Virus record (IMG/VR): IMGVR_UViG_3300029705_000100
Location: 1 to 64,000 of that record
Length of the DNA: 64,000 nucleotides
Reading direction: 5' to 3' (one strand)
DNA from: a virus
Lineage: Duplodnaviria > Caudoviricetes
Part shown: piece by piece, positions 42,869 through 52,481 of the stretch
How positions within the stretch are numbered: the first letter of the stretch is position 1
Layout: every line of letters starts with the position of its first letter
Made by a program: the position numbers and the translations under genes
The notes under the pieces: generated by a model
Databases searched by the model: none
The model's input: the letters and a program-made list of their open reading frames with translations, nothing else
What the model was told of the DNA's origin: nothing

Positions 42869-43783
42869 TCAGGCGTTGTAGCGATAAAGCTCCATGGCGC
42901 CGTTGGGGGAACGTCTGGCAGCGTCGGTCAGCAGACTCAGCGAACCGGCGCAGTCATTGCGATAGATACGCTTGTTTTCAAACATGATCGCGTTCTTGAG
43001 GGTGTAGAACGCGCCGGCGTTGACATAGGGCGTGATGAAGCTGTCAGGGAGGCATATACGATGGTTCAGTTCAAGAAAGTCGAAGCCTTCCAGCAGCTTA
43101 TCCAGTTCTGCGAAGGTGAGGCAGGCGGAGGCGTCGGTGAGGAGCTTCGTGAAGCGGTATTTCATCGGACGGATGTTGTTGCGATCCACCTGACCGTAGT
43201 TGCGTACGTAGACCTTGGTATTCTTGCGATTGGCCTGTGCAACAGCGTCGTCAATCTCCCGGTGTACAGCCTGCACATAGTCGGAAAGAATATTGATGAT
43301 AGCGTTCATGGAGAAGAACATGCTGCGCTCAGCAAACGCAGTTCTGTCATGGCGCTCCAGATTGGCCAGCTTGTGTGCTTCCTTCCGGATCTGCTCAATG
43401 GCATACTTCCAGTCATAGGCACGGGCGACGGCGTCGCGGACGCCGTCAATACCGTGACGGGTGACCAGCCGGTGGAACTGCGCGGCGATGAAGCGGCGGT
43501 GGATGTAGGGATTGAACACATGGCCGTCGGCCATCATCTGGCCATAGAACTGGCTGTTCTTGCCGAAGATGCGGTCGTCATCGTCGTTCAGGTTGAGCGT
43601 GAACAGCTCGCCGGTCTGCTTGTCGCGGATCTGAATGGTCAACTCAGCGCCCTCGGGGATCAGCGACTGGTGCAGACGCAGGGACAGGAAGCCCTCGGTA
43701 TCAACTCCGGCCTTGTGGAGCTGGGCGGCCATGTCGGGACGGCGGGTACGGGAAGCGGTGTGATGGACGTGGTTCTTAGTCAT
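42869..43783 (-). CDS. 304-aa hypothetical protein embedded in RT array (candidate partner)
   Basis: Long ORF, GAAGGAG RBS, between array units. Confidence 0.8.
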   Translation of the reverse strand: MTKNHVHHTASRTRRPDMAAQLHKAGVDTEGFLSLRLHQSLIPEGAELTIQIRDKQTGELFTLNLNDDDDRIFGKNSQFYGQMMADGHVFNPYIHRRFIAAQFHRLVTRHGIDGVRDAVARAYDWKYAIEQIRKEAHKLANLERHDRTAFAERSMFFSMNAIINILSDYVQAVHREIDDAVAQANRKNTKVYVRNYGQVDRNNIRPMKYRFTKLLTDASACLTFAELDKLLEGFDFLELNHRICLPDSFITPYVNAGAFYTLKNAIMFENKRIYRNDCAGSLSLLTDAARRSPNGAMELYRYNA

Positions 43784-44270
43784 GGGGATTTTCCTCCTTC
43801 GTTTCGTTCAAGATCCAGTTGCGGTAGATGATGCAGTCAGGGTCGGTTCCGCGCCAAAAGAAATGGCCGGGGACGTGCCACGGGATGATCCCTTCACATG
43901 CGCCGAGGCAGATGAATGCTTCAAGGCGGATGCGGGCTTCGTGGCGGGGAATGTTGTTCTCCAGCTCCTGCATGGTAAGCCTGTCGCTGGAAAGCGCCTT
44001 GAAAGGACCTTTGTTGAGGCTTTCCTGCTTGGAGGGGACGCTGTGCTTGTACTGTGCGTACAGGCGTTCAATCTCCTGATAGGGATCACCCTCAAAGCGG
44101 ATGAAGCCGTCAAAGGTTCCGGTACCGGCAAGAATTTCGCCATTTCGGACGAGTACCTTATTGCCGATAGAAATATAACGGCGGTCGAGATGGATAGTGA
44201 TGGGCTCGTAGGGCTTGTCTCCGAAGGAGAATCCCTCGCATGTGTCGATGAGGTGTTCATAGATGGTCAT
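43776..44270 (-). CDS. Hypothetical protein embedded in RT array (candidate partner)
   Basis: Start MTIYEH with GGAAGGA RBS, about 35 nt after the last array repeat. Confidence 0.75.
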   Translation of the reverse strand: MTIYEHLIDTCEGFSFGDKPYEPITIHLDRRYISIGNKVLVRNGEILAGTGTFDGFIRFEGDPYQEIERLYAQYKHSVPSKQESLNKGPFKALSSDRLTMQELENNIPRHEARIRLEAFICLGACEGIIPWHVPGHFFWRGTDPDCIIYRNWILNETKEENPHD

Positions 44271-44302
44271 GGTTTCCTTCCTTTCTGCGCAGACTTGCAA
44301 TC

Positions 44303-45613
44303 CCGGCACATAGCTTCATGGGTTTACGGTAGAGAGAAGACGCGGATGTCGTCGGGCATCCCGACGACATAGGGTCTTCTGAACGTTGAGAACTGCCGAT
44401 CTGCGCTCATGTGTGCAGCTGTATTTCTGTTCGGACAGCAAATCCACCCGGCACAAACTTCATTGGTTTACGATGGAACGCCGGCCGCCCGGGCTGGAGC
44501 GGCCGAGGTTTCCGAAGTGCGGCGCAAGCCCGGGCGGCCGGCGTCACCTGTTGTGCGGATTCATCTGCCCGTTGCCTGTGCTGGCATGGGGGTTGCTCAG
44601 ACTGTCCTGCGCATGACTTCATAGGTTTACGATGCAGGAACGGTCATCTCATCGGCCTGAAGAAAGGCTTCCGCGCTTCAGGCGATGAGATAACGGTTCC
44701 TCCTGAGAACAACAGTCATTGCATCCCGATCACTGCGCGGGTGATCCCGTTGGCGTCTCATATCCTCCTGCACAAGTCTTCATCGGTTTACGATGGCGTG
44801 CAGGTATCTTCGAGCTGAAGGGAAGGTTTCCGAAGTGCGCAGCTCGAGGATACCTGCATGTCTGGATAAAGGATCATTGACGCCTGTCCCTGTGCTGGGA
44901 GTGCATCGGGGTTCCTGTTTCGTGCGTACTTCAACGATTTACGATGAAGCCTGCAGCGCCTGGCGCGAGAAGGCTTCCTGATCGCGCCTGGCGCTGCAGG
45001 CAGCTGAATGTGCAGGCGTCCCGATGCGGCATTGCACCATGCTGATAATCCCGGCGTCATTCCTGCCCGGCGCATGCTTCAAAGGTTTACGATGAACTGA
45101 AGGCAGGATCGAAGTCTCCAGCAGGTATGCTGGGGCGCACGATCCGCCTTCAGATCTGCGTTGCAGGACTGAGCGCCGATCGGCTGCGCTGCCGAAACCT
45201 CCTTTCACAGATATTGGGCTTGGTGCAGCGGTCATGGAGTCCGGTCTAAACTGTATGGATTTACGATGATACCCACGAGGTGGCCATAACGCGGTATCCG
45301 TGGAATTGGCCTCCTCGTGGATAGATGAATTGCTCCTCTTCCTGCTGCGTGACAGACTTCACAGGTGGCTTTGCTTGAAACATTGGCCCGATACTTCATG
45401 GATTTACGATGAATCCAGGATCCGGAGGGGTGGAAACGTTTCGTTGAAATCGCCTCTGGATCCTGGAGTATGATGCTGTACCCTGCAAAGCCAGCGCCGG
45501 GCAGCGCAGATGGATGACAGCCCGAAGGAACGGCCTGTTATTGCATGGATTTACGATGGGGCAGCGCGCGACACGGTCCTGAGTGTTTCATGAGCGGACC
45601 TGACGCGCGCTGC
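44303..45613 (-). repeat. Array of nine ~150-bp repeat-hairpin units downstream of the RT
   Basis: Core TTTACG at 44323, 44467, 44626, 44787, 44938, 45086, 45260, 45403, 45550; consensus CCKGCRCAnnCTTCATnGRTTTACGATG; each followed by a distinct long inverted repeat. Confidence 0.93.
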
Positions 45614-45662
45614 TTACTGCGTTTTCCTTCCAACTGTCAGTTACGCAGGCGGCGTAATGTGC

Positions 45663-46958
45663 TCAGGCCATATGCATCCGCACCTCATTGCGGTACAGGG
45701 ATGCGCTGATGCGGCGGAGCTTCCACAGATGCACCATGGACACATAGCCGCAGCGCCTGAGCATATCGTTGGGCACCTTGTGGTAGTTGGAGCAGGAATT
45801 CCACTTGCCGGTGTACACATGCCGGATGTGATCCTTCACGAACTCGTCCAGCATACGCACATCTGCTTCGGTGGTGACTGTCCCGAGGAAATACTCACCC
45901 CAGCCAAATTCCCGGTCATTCTGCAGATGCGCCACATACAGCTTGTGATTGATCTGGCGGATGATGCGGCGCAGAACGTCTTCGCTTCGCTTGTCCTGTC
46001 CCTTGCGGGTCTTGGTCATGCGGCGGATATCTTTCTTGACGCGGTTCATGCTGGACTTGGAGAAGGTGATGTCCCTGCCGCAGATATCGAAGCCGAGAAA
46101 GGTGAAGTTGGTATCGGCGTCGATGGGCGTGACCTTCTTGGGGTTGATCGTCAGTCCTTTGGAGGCAAGACCTTCGTACAGGATGGTTTTCGCCTTTTCA
46201 AAGTCAGGACCCAAAAGGAGAATGTCGTCCGAGTAGCGGTAGTAGACCACATCCAGCTTCGTGATGGCTTCGTCAATGTCCCGGAGAAGATAGTTGGCGA
46301 GGAAGGGCGAGACGGCAAAGCCCTGCGCGATGCCCTTGTACACCCTCTGCACCTGACCATGCTCGTCCAGAATCACATCGTCGTGGAGGTAATCCCATAC
46401 GATGCGGTCGATGCAGCTGCCGGTGTCCAGTTCCCGGAGCGCCTGATCCAGCGAATCCCGGGAGATTTCATCGAAATAGTGATGAATGTCGAACTTCGCG
46501 CCCTTGAGCCCCGGATGGGTGGCGAGATAGTTGGAGATTCTGCGGACGATGTGCGGAACGCCTACGCCCTTCTGATAGGAAACGCAGCAGGGGTGGATGC
46601 GATCCTGATACATACGGGTGTAAACGCTGCCCAGCTGAGTGCAGATGACGCGGTCCATGGGGTTGTTGCAGTACACCTTGCGCATTTCCGTAGAGTCCGG
46701 CTTGGAAATCAGGATGATGTGCGGCGGCGCAATTCTGTACTTGCCCGCCAGCATGAGCTTGGCCAGCTGGATGCGGAATTCCGGTTCGGTAAACTGCCGC
46801 ACCTCGGGAATGGCGATGCCCTTCATGACGCAGTGGTCAATGGTCATCTGAAGGGTATCCTTGTCCATGAACAGGGCCAGCTTGTCGTCGATCTCCTTCA
46901 GGTCGGGCTGCGGATTGGAGGAGAAGAAGTGCTCATTCATTGCGTCAAGTCCTTTCAT
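45663..46958 (-). CDS. Stand-alone reverse transcriptase (not intron-embedded)
   Basis: SKPD..MRKV, KFDIHHYFDEI, GIAQGFAVSPFLANYLL, YYRYSDD, FTFLGF; start may be ATG 46940. Confidence 0.93.
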   Translation of the reverse strand: MKGLDAMNEHFFSSNPQPDLKEIDDKLALFMDKDTLQMTIDHCVMKGIAIPEVRQFTEPEFRIQLAKLMLAGKYRIAPPHIILISKPDSTEMRKVYCNNPMDRVICTQLGSVYTRMYQDRIHPCCVSYQKGVGVPHIVRRISNYLATHPGLKGAKFDIHHYFDEISRDSLDQALRELDTGSCIDRIVWDYLHDDVILDEHGQVQRVYKGIAQGFAVSPFLANYLLRDIDEAITKLDVVYYRYSDDILLLGPDFEKAKTILYEGLASKGLTINPKKVTPIDADTNFTFLGFDICGRDITFSKSSMNRVKKDIRRMTKTRKGQDKRSEDVLRRIIRQINHKLYVAHLQNDREFGWGEYFLGTVTTEADVRMLDEFVKDHIRHVYTGKWNSCSNYHKVPNDMLRRCGYVSMVHLWKLRRISASLYRNEVRMHMA

Positions 46959-47247
46959 CGGATTTGGCAGTCAGATTCAGTTCCAGCGGACATTCGCCGC
47001 CGAAATGGATACCTGCGTAGAAGTAGCGCCCGGATACGGAGACGAAGGTCAGGAACTGGGCGCGCCACTTGCCGTTTTCATCCTCGGCGTGGTTGTGCGG
47101 TTCTCCCATCTGGAAGCCGCAGTAGCGGGACCTTCGCAGATAGATGGGCGGCATGCAGTTGAACATGCCCTCATAAACCTCTTCGGAAACCTCGGTGCCG
47201 GGAGCGACCTCCTCCCAGCATTCAGGCCAGTTGTCGTGGGTAATCAT
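46945..47247 (-). CDS. 100-aa hypothetical protein overlapping the RT start (possibly DUF1419-like)
   Basis: EVSEEVYEGMFNCMPP...GFQMGEP; stop overlaps the RT RBS/start. Confidence 0.6.
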   Translation of the reverse strand: MITHDNWPECWEEVAPGTEVSEEVYEGMFNCMPPIYLRRSRYCGFQMGEPHNHAEDENGKWRAQFLTFVSVSGRYFYAGIHFGGECPLELNLTAKSDERT

Positions 47248-47450
47248 TTTGTGGCTCCTTTCTCTGCGCTGATCTTCTCAACGTAAGGTGCGAGAATCGT
47301 CTGTGTACGGACGGTATCGACATACGGCGTGTAATTGAGCAGGTTCAATTCACACGCCGCTTCTTCGATGGTCATTTTGTGGCTCACAATGTCCATAGCG
47401 ATGCTTTCAAGGATGTTAGGAATGTTGTAACGCTTTTCTGCCATGCTCAC
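47244..47450 (-). CDS. Small hypothetical protein
   Basis: 68 aa, GGAGGTG RBS. Confidence 0.55.
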   Translation of the reverse strand: MSMAEKRYNIPNILESIAMDIVSHKMTIEEAACELNLLNYTPYVDTVRTQTILAPYVEKISAEKGATK

Positions 47451-47457
47451 ACCTCCG

Positions 47458-49428
47458 TCATGCGGTCAGAAGCGCCATTGCCTGTGTTTCGATGATGTAG
47501 TCGCCGGGCGATTCCATGATCGCGTCGTATGCCTCGCGTCCCTGAAATTCATCGACAATGCGGCGGCTTTCCTCGTCCATTTCCTCATAATGAACCTTGC
47601 CGTAGGTGGGCGGGAGCCATGCACGCTGGCGTCCGACATAGATATTCAGCCTGTCCACGATCTTCCGGTCACGGAAGCGGACGTGGCAGGTTCCCTTCTT
47701 GTAGAAGGTAACGTCGAAGTATTTACAGTGGATGTTGCCGGTCTGACCGGCGCGTTCTGCTTCCTGCAGGCGATACATGAGGTTGCAGCTCCATGTTTCG
47801 CCCCTGTCGAGGTAATCGAGCGCCTTTTCAAGGTCATCCAGCACGCCGAAGCAGCTGTGCGTGTCCAGTCCTTCCAGCGTATCCTTGTAGCGGCCATATT
47901 TGTCACGCTTATATCCTCGGGCGAAGCAGCCGTAGGTCGGGATGACGCACTTGATGTTTACGCAATGGGCTTTGTTGGACTTCCAGCCGTTGTAGTAGTG
48001 GACATTGTCGTTCTGAATGTCCGCGTTGTAGGTGTGCTCGGCGGAGAGCTTGTCGAAGCACTTGATGATGGCTTCCTCAACGCCGACAACGATCTGTCCG
48101 CGAATCTGGTCGAGCACCTGCTGGATGTTGAAACGGGAGAACTCATAGTCCCGCATCCGGTCGATGGTCGAGTGGTATTCGTCGCGCATGGCGGAGGTCA
48201 TGCGATCACGAAGATCGGGCAGATCGAAAAGTTCTGTCCAGTATCGACTGCGGACCGAGCGAAGGAAGCGGTTGACGTCATCAGCGCTGCATTCGTTGTC
48301 GCAATCATGACCGGAAACCTGAAGGGTGATGATGGGCTTGCTGTACTTGCTGGTACGGCTGTTTTGAATGTGCGGAGCGACGCCGTTATACTTCCGCATG
48401 AGGGAGATGCCAGCTTCGCACAGAAGTGCGTATTCCAGCAGCAGGCGGTCAATGTCGTTGGCGGGAGCCAGTTCCTGCGGTGATTCGCTCTCAAAATACA
48501 CATCCTGCGCTTTTTTCAGCTCGTCCCATATGGAGGTATCTGCGGACGACGCCGGAATGGTCAGATTGATGAGCGCCACATCCACCCTTGCCTGCCTTGG
48601 AGCATGAGCAAAGGCGTCGTTGACGAAGCGGATTGTTGCTCCGTATCGCTTCAATTCCTTCGCCAGCGCCATGCGGCTGCCGGTGTATGGATTGCGGATG
48701 GTTTCCGCATTGAGGATGCAGGCGATCTGTCCGCCATTTGCGCATAGTTCAATGGCATGGAGCAGATGACGGTCGCCATGAGAGAAGGGCGGGTTCATGA
48801 GAATCAGGCTGTACCGCTTGCGGGTGAAGTAATCGAGAAAATCGTCATGCACCACGCGGTAGCCCTTGCCTGTCAGGATGGCGCGCAGATTTGGATCAAG
48901 CTCTATACAGTCCACATCATCAAGGGTTCGGCCGCTGTAATAGCTCTTTTTGCGGTAGCTGTTACTGCGCTTCTGGGCGAAGTCGATCAGATTGCCCATA
49001 CCGGCGCTGGGCTCTAACACAGAATCCACCATGCCCCAATCCACACCGGCCAGCAGCTGACCGGCCAGTGCGGATGGAGTCGGATAAAATTCGCTGTCTG
49101 CGGACGGGAGCAGATGAATCGGGCATGTCGTTTCCTGACGGTTCAGTTCCTGCTCGGCGAGATATTCCCGGGCAGGCTCCAGAAGGGCGGATTTGGCTTC
49201 GATCAGCGAGTCAAACCAGCCGACACGGGTGTACCTGTCCCAATCTTTGGAAATGATGCGCACCATGGCTTCATAGGGCTTTTCGTAACGCATACGATAG
49301 GTGGAATGCTCAATCTTGCCGACAAGTTCGCCGCAAAGGAAGCAGTTCCAAGTTTTGCAGACCCCATTGGTTCCGTTGTGAATGCGCGGATCGTCCAGCA
49401 TCACATGATTGCGGAAGTATTCGCTCAT
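47458..49428 (-). CDS. N6-adenine DNA methyltransferase with DUF4942-like C-terminus
   Basis: EFYPTP, VLEPSAGMG, ILMNPPFS, FYKKGTCH. Confidence 0.85.
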   Translation of the reverse strand: MSEYFRNHVMLDDPRIHNGTNGVCKTWNCFLCGELVGKIEHSTYRMRYEKPYEAMVRIISKDWDRYTRVGWFDSLIEAKSALLEPAREYLAEQELNRQETTCPIHLLPSADSEFYPTPSALAGQLLAGVDWGMVDSVLEPSAGMGNLIDFAQKRSNSYRKKSYYSGRTLDDVDCIELDPNLRAILTGKGYRVVHDDFLDYFTRKRYSLILMNPPFSHGDRHLLHAIELCANGGQIACILNAETIRNPYTGSRMALAKELKRYGATIRFVNDAFAHAPRQARVDVALINLTIPASSADTSIWDELKKAQDVYFESESPQELAPANDIDRLLLEYALLCEAGISLMRKYNGVAPHIQNSRTSKYSKPIITLQVSGHDCDNECSADDVNRFLRSVRSRYWTELFDLPDLRDRMTSAMRDEYHSTIDRMRDYEFSRFNIQQVLDQIRGQIVVGVEEAIIKCFDKLSAEHTYNADIQNDNVHYYNGWKSNKAHCVNIKCVIPTYGCFARGYKRDKYGRYKDTLEGLDTHSCFGVLDDLEKALDYLDRGETWSCNLMYRLQEAERAGQTGNIHCKYFDVTFYKKGTCHVRFRDRKIVDRLNIYVGRQRAWLPPTYGKVHYEEMDEESRRIVDEFQGREAYDAIMESPGDYIIETQAMALLTA

Positions 49429-49691
49429 ACGACCACCTCGCATTCTGCGCACCGAGGACTGAGTACCATCAGCGGCTTGCCCAACTGTTTGGCGAAGTCG
49501 TCTGCGGCTTCCTTTCCGGACATGAGAGCAATCACACGATAGCAGAGGGAGTTCAGCTCGTCCTCGGTGATCTTACGCCATTTCCAGAGCCAGTCGATCG
49601 TGGTGCAGCACCAGTGAGCGTCCAGTCCGGTGTATTTGCCCTGCTCCAGCTTGTCGAGGGTGTCCAGCAGGAGTTTGTGTCTGTGCAGCAT
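49425..49691 (-). CDS. Early hypothetical protein
   Basis: Start MLHRHK, GAGGAGG RBS. Confidence 0.6.
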   Translation of the reverse strand: MLHRHKLLLDTLDKLEQGKYTGLDAHWCCTTIDWLWKWRKITEDELNSLCYRVIALMSGKEAADDFAKQLGKPLMVLSPRCAECEVVV

Positions 49692-49705
49692 ACCGATTCC
49701 TCCTC

Positions 49706-50497
49706 TCATACGGCCAAGTTGCCGACTGTTGTATCAGCAGACAGATACCTGTCGCGTTCAGCGCCCAGTCCAAACGGCGGGAACTTCATCTTTTCGATCT
49801 CGGACAGCAGGGTGTAGCCCCATTCCCAGTCGAATCCGTGCGTAGCCTTGCCGAACAGGAGCCAGTCGCCGTCTTCCTGCATTTCGGCTTCGGTGACGAG
49901 GAAGGTATAGGCGCCGCCGCCGAAGAACTTGACCAGAATCTGCGCATCGTCGCCCTTGCCCTCCTGAGAGCCGAAAGGATGCTTTTCCAGCTTGCGGATG
50001 ACTTCGGCGGTCAGCAGCTTCATGGTGCGGATGGGCTTGACAGATTCCGGATCGGCCTTCTTGGGCTGCTCCGGCTTTTTCAGATTCTTCGGCACTTCGC
50101 GCTTCTTCGCATCGGGGAAAAAGGATGCAGGGACTTGGTAGAGAATCCCGTATTCTGCGCGGCACCATTCCAGCAGCGCAAACGCCTTGGATTCCGCAAT
50201 CTTCGTGGCGATTTCCAGCTGCTTGTCCGAGCGGCGGGTAACTTCCAACAGGCAGTCCATAACGCCGCATCCGAGAATCATGGTGGTGACGCCGCTCTGC
50301 TCATTGCGTTCGATGGGCGTGGCGTGCAGATAGTAGCCGCGGGGACGCACAGCACCGGTGGCCCAGTGGCGGCTTCCCTCATTGTAGGAGATGTGCAGAT
50401 CGATGCAGTTTGCGGTGCTGATGCATCCCACAGGATTGCGTGCTTCTTCCGGACTGATGGAAACGATGGGGATGAACTGCTGAATGTTCGTGGTCAT
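49706..50497 (-). CDS. Two-domain protein, C-terminal DUF2958-like
   Basis: KFFGG...FLVTE...LFG...EWGY..LSEI...ERDRY. Confidence 0.65.
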   Translation of the reverse strand: MTTNIQQFIPIVSISPEEARNPVGCISTANCIDLHISYNEGSRHWATGAVRPRGYYLHATPIERNEQSGVTTMILGCGVMDCLLEVTRRSDKQLEIATKIAESKAFALLEWCRAEYGILYQVPASFFPDAKKREVPKNLKKPEQPKKADPESVKPIRTMKLLTAEVIRKLEKHPFGSQEGKGDDAQILVKFFGGGAYTFLVTEAEMQEDGDWLLFGKATHGFDWEWGYTLLSEIEKMKFPPFGLGAERDRYLSADTTVGNLAV

Positions 50498-50593
50498 AGA
50501 TACTCCTCCTATCAATTAAGAGGGATATTTGCGCGCTGAATTTTCAGATCATGCGTAAATTCCCTCTTTGTCGTGCTGATGACGGTTGTTCTG

Positions 50594-50794
50594 TCAGGCG
50601 GCGAGCGCCCAATAAGGCGGCAGACAGCCGATTCGGCGGTCAAGCTCCGCGTCTATGGCGTTGATGACTTCATGCCAGCATGTGCCGATGTTGCCGGACG
50701 CAACATTTCTGCATATGGAGTCCTGAAGCCGCTCCAGCTGAGATGTGCTGTATGTACCGATTCGCTCCAGAATCGTTGTGCGGGATATCTTCAT
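50594..50794 (-). CDS. Small early hypothetical protein
   Basis: 66 aa, GGAGGA RBS. Confidence 0.6.
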   Translation of the reverse strand: MKISRTTILERIGTYSTSQLERLQDSICRNVASGNIGTCWHEVINAIDAELDRRIGCLPPYWALAA

Positions 50795-50809
50795 AGTGGT
50801 TCCTCCTGA

Positions 50810-51148
50810 TTATCTTCGGTAACTGCCGAAGCGCCTTGCGTGCTTGCGCCTGCGCTCCCGCATGGTTAAATCGGATAGGATTGCGCAGGATGCGCCATAC
50901 TCGCGGGCAAGGAACCGCGCTATGCCCTGATAGCGTTCATGGGCGTTCCTTGCACTCTGCATGTCCGGGTATCCTGTGCGCCGCAGCCACTCTCGATAGG
51001 GCAGTTCCCCGCGAAGGCCATACTGAGCCTGTTCCCATAGGGCGGACAGGTCTTTATCGTCCATTTCGCGGATCTGTGCTTTGAGAGCGGCGGCGGATAC
51101 TTCAAATGCTTTACGGTCCGATTTCTCCGTGTCCTTATGCACGGTCAT
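50810..51148 (-). CDS. Early hypothetical protein
   Basis: 112 aa, ATGA overlap. Confidence 0.6.
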   Translation of the reverse strand: MTVHKDTEKSDRKAFEVSAAALKAQIREMDDKDLSALWEQAQYGLRGELPYREWLRRTGYPDMQSARNAHERYQGIARFLAREYGASCAILSDLTMRERRRKHARRFGSYRR

Positions 51149-51381
51149 GCCAGCTCTGCGATTCCGTCATGAATGCGGATTCCTGCATCGACTCCGTTGC
51201 AGGTGACGTAGTATTCACGCTCCGATACTGCCGCAAGCGTGAACAGCCTTCCCATGTAGGTGAAGGTCAACTGTCCTTTGCGGACAGCTTCACAGGCCAG
51301 ATACAGCGCGGTTGCACAGATTGCGTGCTTGATGGAAGTGGGGTAGCTCCGCATTGATTGGCGGGTGGTGTAGCTCTGCAT
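51145..51381 (-). CDS. Early hypothetical protein
   Basis: Start MQSYTT, AGGAGGAG RBS. Confidence 0.6.
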   Translation of the reverse strand: MQSYTTRQSMRSYPTSIKHAICATALYLACEAVRKGQLTFTYMGRLFTLAAVSEREYYVTCNGVDAGIRIHDGIAELA

Positions 51382-51465
51382 AATGCTCCTCCTGTTCATG
51401 GTTGTGCACTTGAATATTTAGTATTACTAAACTACGAGACAAAAAAAGAGAACCTGCCGCATGGC

Positions 51466-51726
51466 TCATTTCTGCCATGTGCGGGTTCTGCACCAGCTGT
51501 GGACGAAACGATGCTTGCATAAGTCCGATACGGAAGTCCGGATTACATCCCAGATGCTGCTTGCAAGCTCTCCGGTTGCCGCACAGAAGTACGGCGAAAT
51601 TGCAGGATTGATGCTTTGCGCATATGCTACAACGTCCTCCCGACTGAAGACATAGTTGATCTTGCCGGTAGCAGGGTCTCTCTGCGGCGTTTCGCTGAGC
51701 AGACTCTTTGCGGGGAATCTGTACAT
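51466..51726 (-). CDS. Small early hypothetical protein followed by a terminator hairpin and T-run
   Basis: GAGGAG RBS; GAACCCGCACATGG..CCATGCGGCAGGTTC then TCTTTTTTT. Confidence 0.5.
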   Translation of the reverse strand: MYRFPAKSLLSETPQRDPATGKINYVFSREDVVAYAQSINPAISPYFCAATGELASSIWDVIRTSVSDLCKHRFVHSWCRTRTWQK

Positions 51727-51819
51727 GGTGACGCTCCTCTCAAAGGACAGGCGGCTCCATCACAGGGACAGAGCCGCCGCGGGGATGGTGTTGACGCTGA
51801 TGGATGGTGGACATGGGTA

Positions 51820-52437
51820 TCAGGCAGCCTTGGCTTCGGTGTTGGGGGCTTCGGTGGTGGAGCCTTCGCTGGTGGCGGGGGCAGACTGAGGGTTGGTGAG
51901 AGCGGCAAGCTGGGCACGGACGGCGGCAAGTTCAGCTTCCAGATCAGCCTTGGTCGGACCCTTAGCCTTTGCCTTGGACACAGATTCGGCGGGGTTTTTG
52001 CCGGCGTTGGAGTGTACGGGAGCGGCGGCGACTTCGGCCCAACCACCCTTGACGAATGCACGGAAAGTTGCGATGGACTTGACCTTCTTCGCCTGCTCGC
52101 CCTTATCCTTGCCGTAGGCGGTCATCTTGACGGTGAGGGTGTTGGCAAGGTTGTCGATGGTGAGGGCGAAGCCGTAGGCAGTCATGAGCGGGGACAGGTC
52201 GGACAGGGTTTCGTCGATAGACTTGTTGCCCTCGATAAAAGCCACGTAGGACAGGTAAGCGTCGTAGGACTTCTGCTTGAACTCCTGTGCGGTCATGGGG
52301 GCAGAGGTGGCGGGGGTAGTCTTGGTGGTCTTGGCGGTGGTGTTCTTCATGGTCTTTTCCTCCTTCTGGTTCTTGGGCAGAGTGGTAGCGGGGACGGTAG
52401 CGGTAGCAACGGGGGTAGCGGTGGTGTTCTTAGACAT
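51820..52437 (-). CDS. Ala/Thr/Lys-rich first gene of the leftward early operon
   Basis: Start MSKNTT, GAAGGAGG RBS. Confidence 0.7.
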   Translation of the reverse strand: MSKNTTATPVATATVPATTLPKNQKEEKTMKNTTAKTTKTTPATSAPMTAQEFKQKSYDAYLSYVAFIEGNKSIDETLSDLSPLMTAYGFALTIDNLANTLTVKMTAYGKDKGEQAKKVKSIATFRAFVKGGWAEVAAAPVHSNAGKNPAESVSKAKAKGPTKADLEAELAAVRAQLAALTNPQSAPATSEGSTTEAPNTEAKAA

Positions 52438-52481
52438 GGTTCTTCCTCCTTCAAATTCGGCAGATGTATTCTGACGGGGTT

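Noticed and set aside
44303-45613. CRISPR array
   Set aside because: Period is 143-174 bp, repeats are degenerate and non-palindromic, the hairpin lies in the variable part, and there are no cas genes in the window
44303-45613. Tandem intrinsic terminators or ECF promoters (GAAAC...CGTA)
   Set aside because: No U-tracts follow the stems on either strand; GAAAC-to-CGTA spacing is variable (e.g. 29 and 35 nt), not ~16
45663-46958. DGR, group II intron or classical retron assignment for this RT
   Set aside because: No GTGCG/domain V ends, no TR/VR pair or Avd-like gene noticed (not exhaustively searched), no VTG retron motif, and there are many units rather than one msr-msd
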